Below, one piece after another: positions 23,059 through 35,635 of a DNA stretch of 64,000 nt. The DNA is from Scenedesmus sp. PABB004 (Eukaryota). The stretch spans positions 248,001 through 312,000 of the forward strand of contig CM026548.1 in NCBI GenBank assembly GCA_014905635.1, given 5' to 3'. Under the pieces are notes generated by a model that did not search any database, was not told where the DNA came from, and was given only the letters and a program-made list of their open reading frames with translations. The translations under genes and the position numbers were made by a program. Position 1 is the first letter of the stretch. Each line of letters begins with the position of its first letter.

Positions 23059-26000
23059 TCAGGGGCGCGGCGGCGCGGCCGCCCGGCCGCTGCTGAGCGC
23101 CGGCGGGCGCGTGATCAGGTACTGCTGCCACCGCTGCTGCGCATAGCCGGCAAAGTCGAAGTCAATGTCAGCCTGCTGGGCTTGGATCACACCCCAGAGG
23201 GCCCACAGCAGGTGGCTCGCCGCGAGGTAGGCGCGCGACGCAGCCAGCAGCGACGCGACAAGCCGCCCCCAGCACGCCGCGTCGAGCGTGCGCGCCGCCG
23301 CGAGCGCGGCGCGGTCGGGCGCGTGCAGGTCGAGCCAGTGCCACACGCTGCGCAGCTCGTACGAGCACTGCGCACCGGCGCCGCCGCCCGCGCCCGCGCG
23401 TGCGGCCGCGCCGCGCTCCGACACGCCGCTCACGCTCGACCGCGTGCTGAGCGCGGCCGAGCTCGCGACCTCGCTGCCCAGGTAGCTCGCCTCGGTCTCG
23501 GGCATGCTCAGCACCGAACCGCCGCGGCTGCTCACCGTGCTCCACTGCTCGTCCGCGGCGGCCGCGCCCGTGCCCGCGCGCGCGCCGCCGGCGGCCTCGG
23601 CGCCCGCGGCGGCCGCGGCGCCGCCGGCGGCGGCGGGCACGGCGATGCCAAGCTCGCCGAGCAGCGCGGCGAGGTACTGCTCCACAAACGCCGTCTGCTG
23701 CTCGGGGCTGGGCAGGCGCGCAAAGTCGAGGACGTGGGGCTGGTCGGTGTGGTAGTCAGCTGCCCACTCGCACCAGTGGTTGGCGATGTCAAAGGCCACC
23801 GGGTTGAAGCCGCTGTACTCATAGTCAATCAGCGTCAGCGCCCGCCACGCCGCGCCGCCCGACGCCGCCGCGCCCGACGCCGCGCCCGCGGCGGCGCCGG
23901 GGCCGGCGCCGGCGGCGGCGGCGGCGCCCACAGCCGCGGCCGCGGCCGGCGTGCCGGCCGCGGTCAGCGAGCCCGCGGCGCCGCTGAGCAGCGGCGGCGG
24001 GCCCGGCGGCGCCGCGTCGCGCGGCGCGCCGCTGCCGACGGAGCAGGCGTCGTCGTCGAGGCCGCTGCTGGTGCCGTAGTCGCTGTCGCTGCCGCTCGCG
24101 TCGTCGTCGCTGCCCCGGAAGCTTGGGAACTCAATACCTGGGGCGGGGCAGCGCGTGGGCGTCAGCGAGTGCGGCCGCGCGCGGGCAGGCCCGACGCGGC
24201 AACACGCGGGCGGCGCAGGCGACGCGGCCGCGCGCACCGGCCGCGGGGCGGAGACGCTGCCGCCGCAGCTGGCGGTAGTAGCGCGCACTGCGCCGCGCCG
24301 CCGCGTCGGCGTCCGCCGCGACCTCGCTCGGGCCCTCCGGCTCGCGCGCGGCGGCGCGCACAGAGCGCCGGCCGCTGCCCGGCGCGTCCAGCGCTGCGGC
24401 AGCGGCGGCGGCGGCGGGCGCCGTGTCAGACGCGGGCAGGCGGCGAGCCCGCGCCGGAGCGAGCGAGCGAGCGGCGCGGCGCAGCGCGGGGCCAGGCGCG
24501 AGGCGGGCACGCACAGGCCAGGAGCAAGTCGTCGCCATCCTCAGAGTCGGCCGCCGACTCGGACGTGTCCAGCCCGCTGTGGCTCACGCGCGCCGCGCGG
24601 CGCGCGCCGCGCGGCACCTCGCCGGCGCCGGCGCCGGCGCCGTTGCCGCGGGCCGCCGCCGGGGGGTCAAAGAAGGCCGAGGCTGGCGGGCCGAGCAGCT
24701 CGCCGCGCGACGACGCATGGCGCAGCACCGCGGCGGCCGACGGCGGCTGCAGCTGCGCCAGCCCCCCTCGCCGCCCGCGCTCACGGCGCCGATGCTCGCG
24801 CTGCTGCCAACACGGGCGGGCGCGAGGGCCGGCGCGGCGGCGGCGTCCGCGCCGGTGCCGGCGGGGGCGCCGCCGGCGGGCTTGCGGCCGCGGCCGTCGG
24901 GGCTCTGCCCGCGCGGCCGCGCGCGCATGCCGGGCAGCACGAGGCTGCCGTCCGGCAGCGTCACCGAGCGCCCGGGGCTGCGCCCGCGCAGGCGCAGCTG
25001 CGAGCTGCTGGTCGACCGCAGCGACGCGACCGAGTGCGCGGGGCTCGCGCCGGCAATGAACGGCGCCACGTCCGACGCCAGCCGCGCGAGCGTCGCGTCG
25101 TGCTCGCGCAGCGCCGCCGCCGTCACCGGCACGGGCGCGGACGCGGGCGCGCCGCCGACGGCAAGGCCGAGCGCCGCGAGGCGCGCCGCGAGCGCGTCGC
25201 CGCCGGCGGGCGGCTCGGGCGGGGGCGCCGTGGCGGCGAGGGCCATGATATTGCCGTACTGCAGGTCGTTGTGGCACAGCCCCACCCAGCACGGGTGCGC
25301 CGACGACAGCAGCGCCTCGAGCTGCACGATCTGCGGCGCGCCGGGGCGCCAGGGCGGCGGCGGGGGTGGCGGCGCAGCGCGGCGCGGCGGGCGGGGCGCG
25401 GCGCGGCGGGCCCTGCGTGGCGCGGAGGGGCAGCGCCGGCGCACCTCGTCGCCGAGGCCGTCCATGCCGAGCGCGGCGAGGCCCTGCTCGCCGAGCGCGA
25501 GCGCCGCGAGGCGGTGCCAGTCGCGCAGGCGGCCCCACAGCTGCGTCGCGCCCTGGGCGTGGTGCGGGTTATCCGCCAGCGCCTCCGACTGCGGCGCGGG
25601 CGGGGGTGGCGGGCGTGCGCGCGTGAGCGCGTGTCGCCGCCGAGGCCGCTCCGCGGCGCGCGCCGGCGCACGCGCAGCACGTGCAGCGCGCGGGCGCGGG
25701 GCGTCATCGCCGCCAGCAGCGCGGCGCACGCACACACGCACACACGCACGCGCACACACGCGCACGCACCATCCTGACGTGGAAGTGGGCCATCGTGGCC
25801 GCGATCGCGTCGCTGACGCCGGGGTCGTGCAGGTCGGCCGCGACGAGCGTGACGTGGCGGGTGAGGAACTCCTCGACCCGGCCGTTGTCAAAGAGCAGCA
25901 GCAGGCGCGGCCCGATGCCGGCGCGGCCGACGGCCTTGAACGTGCTGATCTCGCTCGCGCGGTCAAAGAGCGCGCTGCTGCTCGCGTGCACGCGCATGAG

Positions 26001-26466
26001 CGCGACCGCGACCTCGCGCCCCCCGAGCGTGAGGCCACAGCGGTAGACCAGGTTGGTCATCGCGCCGGAGAACTGCTCGACCGTGATCGTGTCCTCCCGC
26101 GCCTGCGGCAGCGGCGGGCCCGGCGGCGGGCGGCGGCGGGCGGCGGGCGGCGGCGGCGGGGCGTCGGGGCGGCGCGTGCGGATGCCCGACGGAGCCCTGA
26201 CGGGCTCCGGGGCGGCTGGGAGCGCGCCGGCGCGCCCGGCTGGCACGGCAGCGCCGCTGCTGCCGCCCCGCTGCCGCCGCTGCTGCCGCCGCCGTCGCGT
26301 GTGCGTACTGCCGCCGCCGCCGCCGGGACGCCGCGGCACGCACCTCCTGCCATCCCTTGAGCTTGGAGAGCACGCCGACCAGCGCCGCCTTGGGCGCGGC
26401 GATGAGCTGCTCGACGTCGACCGCGATGGCCGCGTGGGGCGCGGAGCCCCCGGGACGGGACGCCAT
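23059..26466 (-). CDS. Choline/ethanolamine kinase, spliced
   Basis: FSGAMTNLVY, GIGPRLLLLFDNGRVEEFL, Brenner motif CHNDLQYGNIM, LIDYEYSGFNPVAFDIANHWCEW, SHLLWALWG, IDFDFAGYAQQR. Confidence 0.93.
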
Positions 26467-26724
26467 GGCTGGAGCGTCCACGCGAGTGGGCAGCGTGGCA
26501 TGGAGGGCAGCTCGATCCACGGCGCTCGCGCGCCGCCGCCGCTGTCAGTCGTCGGCGTCGCTGACACACCTGGCTGGTTTGGCCGCCGGCGCTGCCGAGC
26601 GCCGGCACTATCTCGAGAGAAACGACCGCGACAGCTGCGACGCGTCGCGCCGTGAAGCGAGCATGCACGAGACAGCTCCTGCGGCCTGCGCGCGCGCAAT
26701 GGGCCGCTCGTGACCGGTCCGGTT

Positions 26725-27368
26725 ATGAAGTTTCTCATCGTGCTGCTCCTGGTGGCGACCGCCAGCGCGCGCGCGGCCGCCCAGCGCACTGAGATGGTGT
26801 CGAGCGGCGGTCCGCGCCTGCTGGAGGCGCTCGCGGACCCCGGCATCGCCCGCGTGGTCGTGGACGATGGCACCGGCGTCTACTCCATCTCCGGGGAGGC
26901 GCCCGCGGTCGTCACCCTCGACAGGCGCGCCGCCGCTGCTGCCGGACGCGCTGCCGCCCCCGCGCCGGGCTGTGGGGCGCCGCGCGGCCCAGTGCAGGCG
27001 GCCCGCCATGCCCCTCGCGGCGTGGCGCGGCCGTGGCCGCAGCGGCGCGTCGGGCGCCGGGCGGCGCCGGCAGCAGCAGGCAGCGGCGTGGGCGGTGACG
27101 CTTGCGGGTGTGACGCCACCGCGCCCCCCCCCCTGCAGGAACGTGACCATCACCGGCGCGCGCGGCAGCCGGACCTTCCTGGACCTGGGCTACGGCCGCG
27201 GCCGGCTCGTGCTGTGCCCGACCTGCGTGCTCACGATCGCCAACATCACGCTGCTCAACGACCGCCGCGGCAAGGGCATCCTGTCGTTCTGGTGGGGACG
27301 CGGCCCGCGGCGGCGGGAGCGCCCCGGCCGCCAGGCGCCGCCGCCGCCGGCGGTGGGCACAAATGACC

Positions 27369-27411
<43 letters not shown>

Positions 27412-30400
27412 GCAGGTCGACCAACGACCTGCTCTCCGCGCCGCGCGGCGGCGCGCGCGTCGTGTACGACGGCGTGCACATGCTGCGCCTCGGCTGCACG
27501 ACCATCAAGGACACCGGGCAGATCATCAGCGTCACCAAGCGCTCCTCGCGCTTCCCGAGCGACGACGCGGCGCAGCACTTTGAGATCGCCAACGTGTCGA
27601 TACGGGTGCGCGGCGCCGCACACGCGCACACGCGCCGGCGCGGCGGGGGCGGCCCCGCGCGCCCGGCCCGCCGCGCCCGCTGGCCCGCCCGCCGACCCGC
27701 CGACCCGCCGCGTGCCCCGTCGCCGGCGCCGCCGTGCGTCGCGGCGCACAGGGCGAGACGTACCCTGACAGCATCGTGGGGCTGGACTACAGCATCGACG
27801 CGCCGCTCTCGACCGACGAGAACGGGACCTCGGGCGGCTACGCGATGGTGCGCAGCAGCGCAGCGCGGCGGCGCAGGGCGCAGCACGCGGCAGCGCAGCG
27901 GCCCACGCCGCACCGCGGCCGCGCCGCGCCGCGCCTCCGCAGCACCTCGTCAACTCGGCGCGCGCGTGCAAGGCGGTGGTGACGCAGGCCTGCCTCGACG
28001 CGTCGACGCCCGACGCGTGCACCAACGCGCTCGTGGACGCGGCGCTCGCGGCGCAGGCCGCGGCGGCGGCGCGCGCACGCACGCTGCGCGCGGTGGCCAT
28101 CGCGGTGCCGCTGGCGGCGGCAGGTGCGGGGCCGCGGGCCGCCGCCCCGCGCACGCCTCCTCTCCATCTCGGCGCACGTGCTGACCCGTCCCCCCGCCTC
28201 CCCGCCTCCCGCTCGCGCGCGCGCGCGCGCCGCCAGCGCTGCTGGCCGCCGCGCTGGCGGGCGTCATCGTGGCGCGGCGGCGCCGCGCGGCGCGCCTGCG
28301 CCGGGGCGGCGCGTCCAAGGCGTCCGCCGCGTCGGGCGGGGCGGGCCTGGCCGAGCTGGGCGGATTCTCGAGCATCGAATGCGGCTCGGGGGACCTCGGG
28401 CCGAGCGCGCCGCTCGGGCTCGGCTCAAAGGACGCCGGCATGTCGCGCGACGGGTGCGCCTGCGCGGCCGCCGCGCCCGGCGCCCGGCGCCCGCGCCCCG
28501 CGCCCCGCGCCCCGCGCCCCGCGCCCCGCGCCCGGCGCCGCCGTCGCTCACCACCCGCGCCCGCGCAGCGGCAGCGAGAGCGGCAGCGTCGTGCACAAGC
28601 CGTTTGGCCTGCACCGCGGCTGGCACGTCGCGAGCAGCCTCACCACGCCCTACCTGGGGGCAATGACCGACACCAAGATCGTCTTTGGTGCGCACCCGCC
28701 GCCGCCGCCTGCTGCCCTCGCGCCCGCCCCTCCCCCGCCGGCCGGCGCCGCCACTGACGCCCTGGCGGCCGCGCCGCGGCGCGCAGGCGAGCTGCTCGGG
28801 CAGGGCAGTTTCGGCCGTGTCTACCTCGGGAGGTGGGGCGGCAAGGACGTCGCGGTCAAGGTCATCCACCACACCACAGAGACGGCGGTGAGAGCCAGCA
28901 GCAGCCGCGCGCCGCTGGGGCGCCGCCGGCGCACCGCCGCTGCCGCCCCCGGCGCCGCCCAACGCGCCGCCGCCACCTGACGCGCCGCGCCGACGTGCCC
29001 GCGTGCCGCGCCGCGGCAGGAGCTGGTGCGGCAGGAGGCGGACGTGCTGCTGCTGTTCAACCACCCAAACATCGTGCGGTGCTTCCACTACACGATGTTT
29101 GTCCGCTCGCGCGACGGCGGGCCGCTGTCGGCGTCGTTCACGTTGCGACGCTCGCGCTCGGGGCACCCTGGGAGCCTCGAGTTTGGCGGCCCCGGCGTCG
29201 GCTCGGCCGACGGCTGGGACCGCGACACCTGCAGCACCGCGGACAGCGCCGCCGACGCCGAGGCGCGGCAGCCGGTCGCGCCCGCGTCGGCGCCGCTCGC
29301 CACGGTCGGCCTGCCCGCGTCGCGGGCGCCGCCGGCCAAGGCCGAGACCTGGCTCGTCCAGGAGGTGTGCGGTCAGGAGGAGGGGAGGTCCAGGGCTCGG
29401 GGCTTCGCGTGCGGGCCCCCCTGCCGCCGCGCCGCCGGGCGCGCCCACCGACGCCATCCGCCGCGCCGCCGCCGCCGCCGCCGCCCGCAGTACTGCGACG
29501 CCGGCACCCTGGCCACCGTCGCGGCGGGCTGGGGCGCCGAGTGCGACGCCGTGATGCTCCAGCGCCTGCTGCTGCTGCAGGACATTGCGCGGGGGCTGCA
29601 AGTGCTGCACGACAAAAAGGTGGTGCACGGCGACCTCAACACGCGCAACGTGCTGGTCGCGAGCAACCCCGTCGCGCAGTGGGGACTCGTCGCCAAGCTC
29701 AGCGACCTCGGCTGCACGCGCGTCGTCATGCAGCACTCTACCCACCATACGACCAACGGCATGGGTGCGCGGCGCCGCCGCTCCGCCTCGCACCGGCAGC
29801 GCTTCAAACGGCGGGCCGGCCCGGGACGCGCCGCCAAGCTCGCCGGCCGACCCTGCCGGCCGCCCGCCGCCGGCCGCCGGCAGGCACCATGTCCCACATG
29901 CCGCCGGAGGTGCTGCGCTCGGGCTGCTTCGCGCCCGCGGTCGACATCTACAGGTGCGCCCAGCCCCCGTGCGGCCGCCGCCCCGCCCGCCGCACGACCG
30001 CGCGCCGCCCGCTGACGCCCCCGCCCGGCGCCGCCCTGCCCGCCCCAAAAAACCTAAAACTGAACCCCGCCAGCTTTGGCATCATGATGTGGGAGCTCTA
30101 CACCCAGCAGCCCGCGTTCCGCAAGCTCCACTACGCGCAGGTGCGCCGCCGCGCCGCGCCGCCGCGCCACGCCCCGAGCGCCCGCCGCGACGCGCTGCGC
30201 TGCACCCTACTGCATGCGCCGCTCTCAAAACACACACCGCACCGCACCGCTGGCGCTTTCAGTTTTACGAGGCGATCTGCATCCAGAACCTGCGGCCCCT
30301 GACTACAAGCTCGATGCCAGCCGACTACAAGCTCCTCATGGAGCGCTGCTGGTGCGGCGGCGGCGGCAGCGCCCGGCGGCGGCGCCCGGCAGCGGCGCCC

Positions 30401-31268
30401 GGCAGCGCGCCGGCCAGGCCAGACGCGCGCCGGCGCTGCCGCGCGCGCTGCGTGCTGCCGCGCCGCCGACCCGGCGCGCGCCCGCCGCCCCCGCCCCTGC
30501 GCCGCCCGCGACCAGGATGAGCGACCCCGCCGACCGGCCGTGCGCGACGACGCTGCTGCAGTGCCTGCGCCACCTGGTCGACGACCGCCAGGCGGCGCTC
30601 GCGCGCAGCGCAGGGGCGGCCGAGGGGCGGCCGCGCGCGGCGGCGGCTACGCGGCGCCCGGGCGGGCAGCCCAGCCCGACGCGCCGGGTGCAGCGGCCGC
30701 GCGGCCGCCCGGCGAGGAGGAGCAGGCGGCGGCGGGCGCGGTGTCGGCCCTGCTGCAGCAGCAGCCGGACCGGGCGCCGGGCGGCGCGCAGCCCGACCCG
30801 GGCGCGCCCGGCCCGCCGCCGCCGCCGCCGGCGGCGGCGCTGCGCGGCGGCGGCAACCTGAGCACCACCGTCGGCAGCGAAGGCTCGTTTCGCTTCATGG
30901 GCACCGCTGACGGCCAGGGCGCGCAGGCCGACTGCGGCGCCACGCCCACGCTGCCGCGGCCCGCGGGGGCGCTCCCCGGCGACGCCGCCCGCCTGGGCGG
31001 CGGCGAGCCCTGGCAGCCGGCGCCGGGCGCGTGCGGCGGCGACTGGCCGCTGGACGCGAGCGGCGACGGCACCGGCGACGGCACCGGCGGCAGCACCGCC
31101 GCGAGCAGCCCGCTCAGCTGGCAGCGCGCGGCCGCGGCGGCGCCTTGCTCGGCGGCGGCCGCGGCTGGGGCGGGCAGCGGCAGCTTGACGCCCAGCCCCG
31201 CGGGCTCCCTCGAGCCGGAGAGGCGGCTGCCGCCCAACGCCGTTGGCGACGGGCCCTGGTTTGTGTGA
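26725..31268 (+). CDS. Receptor-like TKL protein kinase (signal peptide, ectodomain, TM helix, kinase), spliced
   Basis: MKFLIVLLLVATASA; TM VAIAVPLAA|ALLAAALAGVIV-RRRR; LGQGSFGRVY, VAVK, HPNIV, HGDLNTRN, KLSDLG, GTMSHMPPE, DIY|SFGIMMWE. Apparent indel near 30630. Confidence 0.9.
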
Positions 31269-31391
31269 GGCGCGCCAGCCGCGCCTGCGCTCCTCAGACT
31301 CGTGACACTGCACTCCGCGCCGAGCGCGCGAGACGCGCCGCCCTCGGGACGCGCGCTATCGCGCCGCGGCGCGCCCGTCGGGAACGCCTGC

Positions 31392-31425
31392 GCCACAACG
31401 TTGTGGCTCAGCGTTAACGCTGAGC
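31392..31425. repeat. Two abutting perfect palindromes (16 bp and 20 bp)
   Basis: GCCACAACGTTGTGGC (31392-31407) and GCTCAGCGTTAACGCTGAGC (31406-31425). Confidence 0.95.
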
Positions 31426-32125
31426 GGCGCGTGCTGCTGCGCTGGGGGAGGGGCAGCGGTTGGCCTGGGCCGTCGGCCCCGGCAATGCACTGGCACTGGC
31501 AGGTCGATGTTGTTTAATATTCACTGAATTGCAAATATGGCGACCCGAGGGCTTGCTGTGACTCGTGTCGGCGTGCTGGCCTGCACAGGCCTCCCTTCGT
31601 CTGTCTGCCGGCCGCGCCGCGACGCGGCTCGCCCGCTGCCTGCTCATCTGCCTGGCCCGGCGGCTGGCGCGCCCCAAGTGGGGCGCCCGCCGCCTGCCAG
31701 CCTCACTGGCCTTGGACTCGCGCGCCTTGCGCCTGAGGTTGGGGGGCTGCGATCACGCCCGCCAGCGTGCGCCGCACGCGGCGCACTCGGCGCACGCGCC
31801 CTCGTGCGCACTGCGCACTCTCGTGCAGCTCAGTATGGCCGCCGCGCAGGCTTCGCGCCGCCCAGGCCTGGGGACTCCTTGAAGCACCTCACACTGCGGA
31901 CTTGGACCAGGGGCGGACCAACAGACCGCGCTGGATGCCGATCGCGCGGGGAACCGGGGCGTGCGGCTTAACCTTGCGCGCGCGAGTACACAAGGGCGCC
32001 CTTGTTCGGTTCGGGCCGGCCCGGGGGACCGATTACTCAGCCGCACGGCGCAGCTGCAGCGGGTCGCGGCGATCCGTCGCTCGGCCAGCGACGCCGCGCC
32101 GCCTCGCTGCCGTGCTCATGAGTGA

Positions 32126-33798
32126 TCACTCGCACACGACGTCGGAGAACATCAGCATCTGCCGCCGCTCGCACGACAGCACGCGGCGCAGCTCGACGTC
32201 AAACACCTGCGGCCAGGGCCGACGCCGCGGGCGCGGACGCGCAGCGCCAGCGGCGGCGGCGGCGTCGGCGGCGCTCGGGCGCCGCCGTGCAGCCGGGGGC
32301 ACGCGCGCGAGCAGCGCCCCGGCTGCGCCCAGGGCGCGGGCGCGGGCGCGCGCCGTCACACCTCGCACTGCTTGGCGCTGAAGAAGGTGCTCGGCCCCAC
32401 CGGCGGCCCCAGCGCGGGCGGCACGACGATGCGGCGCTTGCCGCCGGGCCGCATCCCGCGAATGCCCAGCTCAAAGCCTGCGGGAGTGGCGACTTCTCAG
32501 CGAGGCCGCACGCGCGCCCGCCGCGCACGGCGCATCTTGCGCGCCGCGCCCCCGCTCGCGCTGCGCGCCGCGCCCCCGCGGCGCACCCGGGATGAGGCCT
32601 TGGATGCCGAGCCGCGTCTCGCCGGGCCTGCCCTTGCGGTAGCTCGAGTCGATGATCGCGCCGCTCTCGTTGTACGCGGTGTAGTCAAACACGACCTGCG
32701 GTCAAACGTAACGTAACGTAACACAGTCGTTACGCGGGCGGCGTCAGTGTGTGCTGGGCGTTCGTCGCGTGCGCACAGTGACGCGCGCCACCGCCGCCGC
32801 GTCGCCGCCCCGCCGCCGCGGCGTGCGGGCTGGCCCCCGTCTCGCACCTGCTGGCCCTCGCTCGGCGTGTCGCCGTCGCCCGACACAAAGTCCTTGTAGA
32901 TCAGCCTGGCCGGCGGGGCGCGGCAGCGGGGCGCGGCAGCGGGGCGCGGCGGCTGCTGGGACCGCGCCGCGCCGGCGCCGGCGCACCCACCTGCTGCCCC
33001 CGCGCGCGCCGCTGCTGCCCCCGCGCGCCGCAGCGGCCGCGCACCCGTCGGCGTCCATGGCGTAGCCCTGCCCCACGACGGTGATGTCAAAGCCCTCGCG
33101 AATAAAGCCAGGGAAGTCGACCGGCGCGCGGTTCTGCGCCTGCACGCGCCGGTTGAGCGCGAAAACCTGCGCGGGCGGCGCGCACGCGGACGCGGGCGCC
33201 GGCCGATGCGCGGGGGGCGGGGCTGTGGGCGGGCGGCCGCGTGGCGCCGCGCGGCCGGCCGGGCCGGGCGGCGCGCGCGCCGCGTGCCATGCCCCCGCGC
33301 GCGCCTGGCGGTCCGTGGGCGTCATGCTGGCGGTGGCCTCCTCGTCGGTGGTCAGCCGGATCTTGCCCTCGGGCGTGGCTTTCTCCCGTATGCCCGCCGG
33401 CGCGGCGGCGGGCGCGGCGGCGGGCGCGGCGGGGGCCGCGGCCTCCTCGGCGGCCGTGGCCGCCGCCTCGGCGGGCGGCGCTCCGGCGCCGTCCTCCTCT
33501 GCGCGCGCGCCGCGCCGCCCGCCGAGCAGCGGGCCCGCCAGCAGCACGCCCGCGAGCAGCGCGCGCCGGCCCGGCGCCGCGGCCGCCACAACCGCGGCGG
33601 ATCTGCGCGGCCTACATTGGCACCTGAGCGCGCGGCGTGCAGCGTCGTGGGGTCGCTGGGCGGCGTGCGGCGGCGTGCGGCGGCGTGCGGCCGCGGGCGG
33701 CGCGGCAGCAGCACGCACCGAGCTGGGCGCGCCACGCGGGCCTGCGCCAGCCCGGCGGGGCCCGCGGCAGCGCGTCCGGAGCACAGCGACGGCATCAT
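32126..33798 (-). CDS. FKBP16-3: Thylakoid-lumen FKBP-type peptidyl-prolyl isomerase, spliced
   Basis: Transit peptide plus twin-Arg signal GRRALLAG...ARA; FDYTAYNESGAIIDSSY; GPPVGPSTFFSAKQCE|VFDVEL...FSDVVCE, matching my recollection of the FKBP16-3 C-terminus. Confidence 0.88.
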
Positions 33799-34181
33799 CG
33801 CGACGAAGGGCGGCACGCCGCTGGGCTGCGCAGCCGCGGCAGCGGCGGCAGCGGCGCCGAGCGCGGAGACAGCAGACGATCGCGGCGGCAGCGGGGACGG
33901 GGGCGAGCCTGCGCTGGGGCGCACTGCAGGCCCTGTGCCTGCGGCCCGGCAGCCAGGTCATCTTCGACCGCCCCGGCGTCGTTGTCGCGCTGCGCGCCGC
34001 GCGCGGCCGCCTCCTCCCGCTGCCGCCGCCCGCCCTCCCACACCCCGGACCCCTCAGGCCAGCGCGCCAGCGGCCCCAGGCAGCCTTCCCTCGCGCGCAC
34101 GACCGCCGCCGCGACACGCGCCGGCGCAGGCCGCGCGCGCGGGCCGGCCCCTAGCACACACACCCACACAGCAGCAGCAGC

Positions 34182-35057
34182 ATGGGCGAGGGCCGTGGGC
34201 GCGGCGGGGGCAGAGGCGGGCGCGGGGGCGCCAGCAGCGGCGGGCGCGGAGCCGGGCGCGGCGGGGGCGGCCAGGTGGTGAGCCGGGGCGGCCGCGGGAC
34301 CGCGCCTGGGCCGTCTTTGCGCGCGCGCCGGTCCTCGGGACGCCGCCCGGACCGCGGCGGGCGCGCAGCGCGCCAGGCGGGCGGGCCATCAGCGAGGCCG
34401 CTCTGCACACACCTCCCCGCTCTCTCCTCAGGCCCGGCAAGGCGGTGGCGGCGGCATGAGGACGCGCGGCGGTGGCGTGGCCAAGACGGGCGGTCGCGGC
34501 GGCGGCCGCGGTGAGGCGGCGCGCCCGCGCGGCGGCGGCGAGCGCCGGCGCGGCGCGGCGCGGCAGCCCGCGCGGCCGGCGCGCGCGCCGCGCAGCGCCG
34601 CCGTGCAGTGCGCGTGCCGCCCCGCTCGCAGCCCGGCGCGGCGGGCGATCGGCGCGGCGCGGCCGGCGCACGCCGGCGCGCAGGCAGCGGCACGCCGGTG
34701 CCGGCAGCGTGGGGCGCGGGCGCGCCGGCGCCGACGACCCCGCCGACGCCCCCACGCCGCCACGCAGGCGCCGGCGGCGGCGACCGCGGCGGGCGCGGCG
34801 GCGGCCGCGGCCGCGGCGGGCGCGGCGGGCGCGGCGGCGGCCGCGGCCGCGGCGGGCGCGACGCCAAGCCCAAGAGCGCGGCCGACCTCGACGCCGAGCT
34901 CGACGAGTACTGGCTCGGCAGCGACAAGGGCAAGGACAAGCTGGACGCCGAGCTCGATGACTACTGGGCCGCCAAGAAGGAGGGCGGCGACGAGGCGGAG
35001 GCGGAGCCCGAGGCGGGCGCGGAGGAGGGCGGCGACGAGGCCGAGGCCGAGGCGTGA
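34182..35057 (+). CDS. Small RGG-rich protein with FoP/CHTOP-ALYREF C-terminal motif, three exons
   Basis: RGG repeats, then KSAADLDAELDEYW and KDKLDAELDDYW. Introns about 34275-34431 and 34511-34767 keep the frame. Confidence 0.8.
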
Positions 35058-35635
35058 CCGCGGCCGCGGTCGCGGCGCGGGGCTCGGCGCGGCGGGGCGG
35101 GGCGGGGCGGGGCGGAGAGGGGCGGGGCGGGGCCGGGCCGCCGCGCCGCACGGCGCCGCCGCTCGTGCGGCCGGGGCGCCGCGGGCGGCGGCAGCGCGCC
35201 AGCGCGCCGCGCGCCCGCGGCGCCGGGCTGGTGGCGGGGCGGCGCCGGCGCGCCGGCTGAACGGACCGGCTGCGTGATCTGAGCGGGGGGGGGGGGGGGG
35301 CAGGGGCCGGGCGTCGGCGCGCGCGCTGCGCGGCGGCGGCGGCGGCAACCGGCGCGGCGCCGCCTGCTCGCGCGAGCGCTGCTGGCTGGCGGTCGCTCGG
35401 CACTCGTCCAGCGGCAGGGCGCGATCCAGCGGCGGGCGCAGCGCGAGACCTGCTGGCCGCCCGAGTGGACTCCCGCGCCCGCCCGCTGGGCCAGAGACGG
35501 CGGACGCCCACAATCCGGACGCGCCCCTCGCGACCACTCCTCGCGCTCGCCGCGAACAGGCAGCGCGCCAGCAGCCGCGCGGCGACAGCAGCGCCCGGCG
35601 CGGCCATGGGCCAGGCCTGAGGCGGCGCCGTCGCG

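Noticed and set aside
30044..30070. Telomere-like AAAAACCTAAAAC in a kinase intron
   Set aside because: A single degenerate unit, better explained as branch-point-region sequence.
31495..31545. Possible C/D-box snoRNA
   Set aside because: No proper RTGATGA C box or terminal stem; kept only as an AT-rich island.
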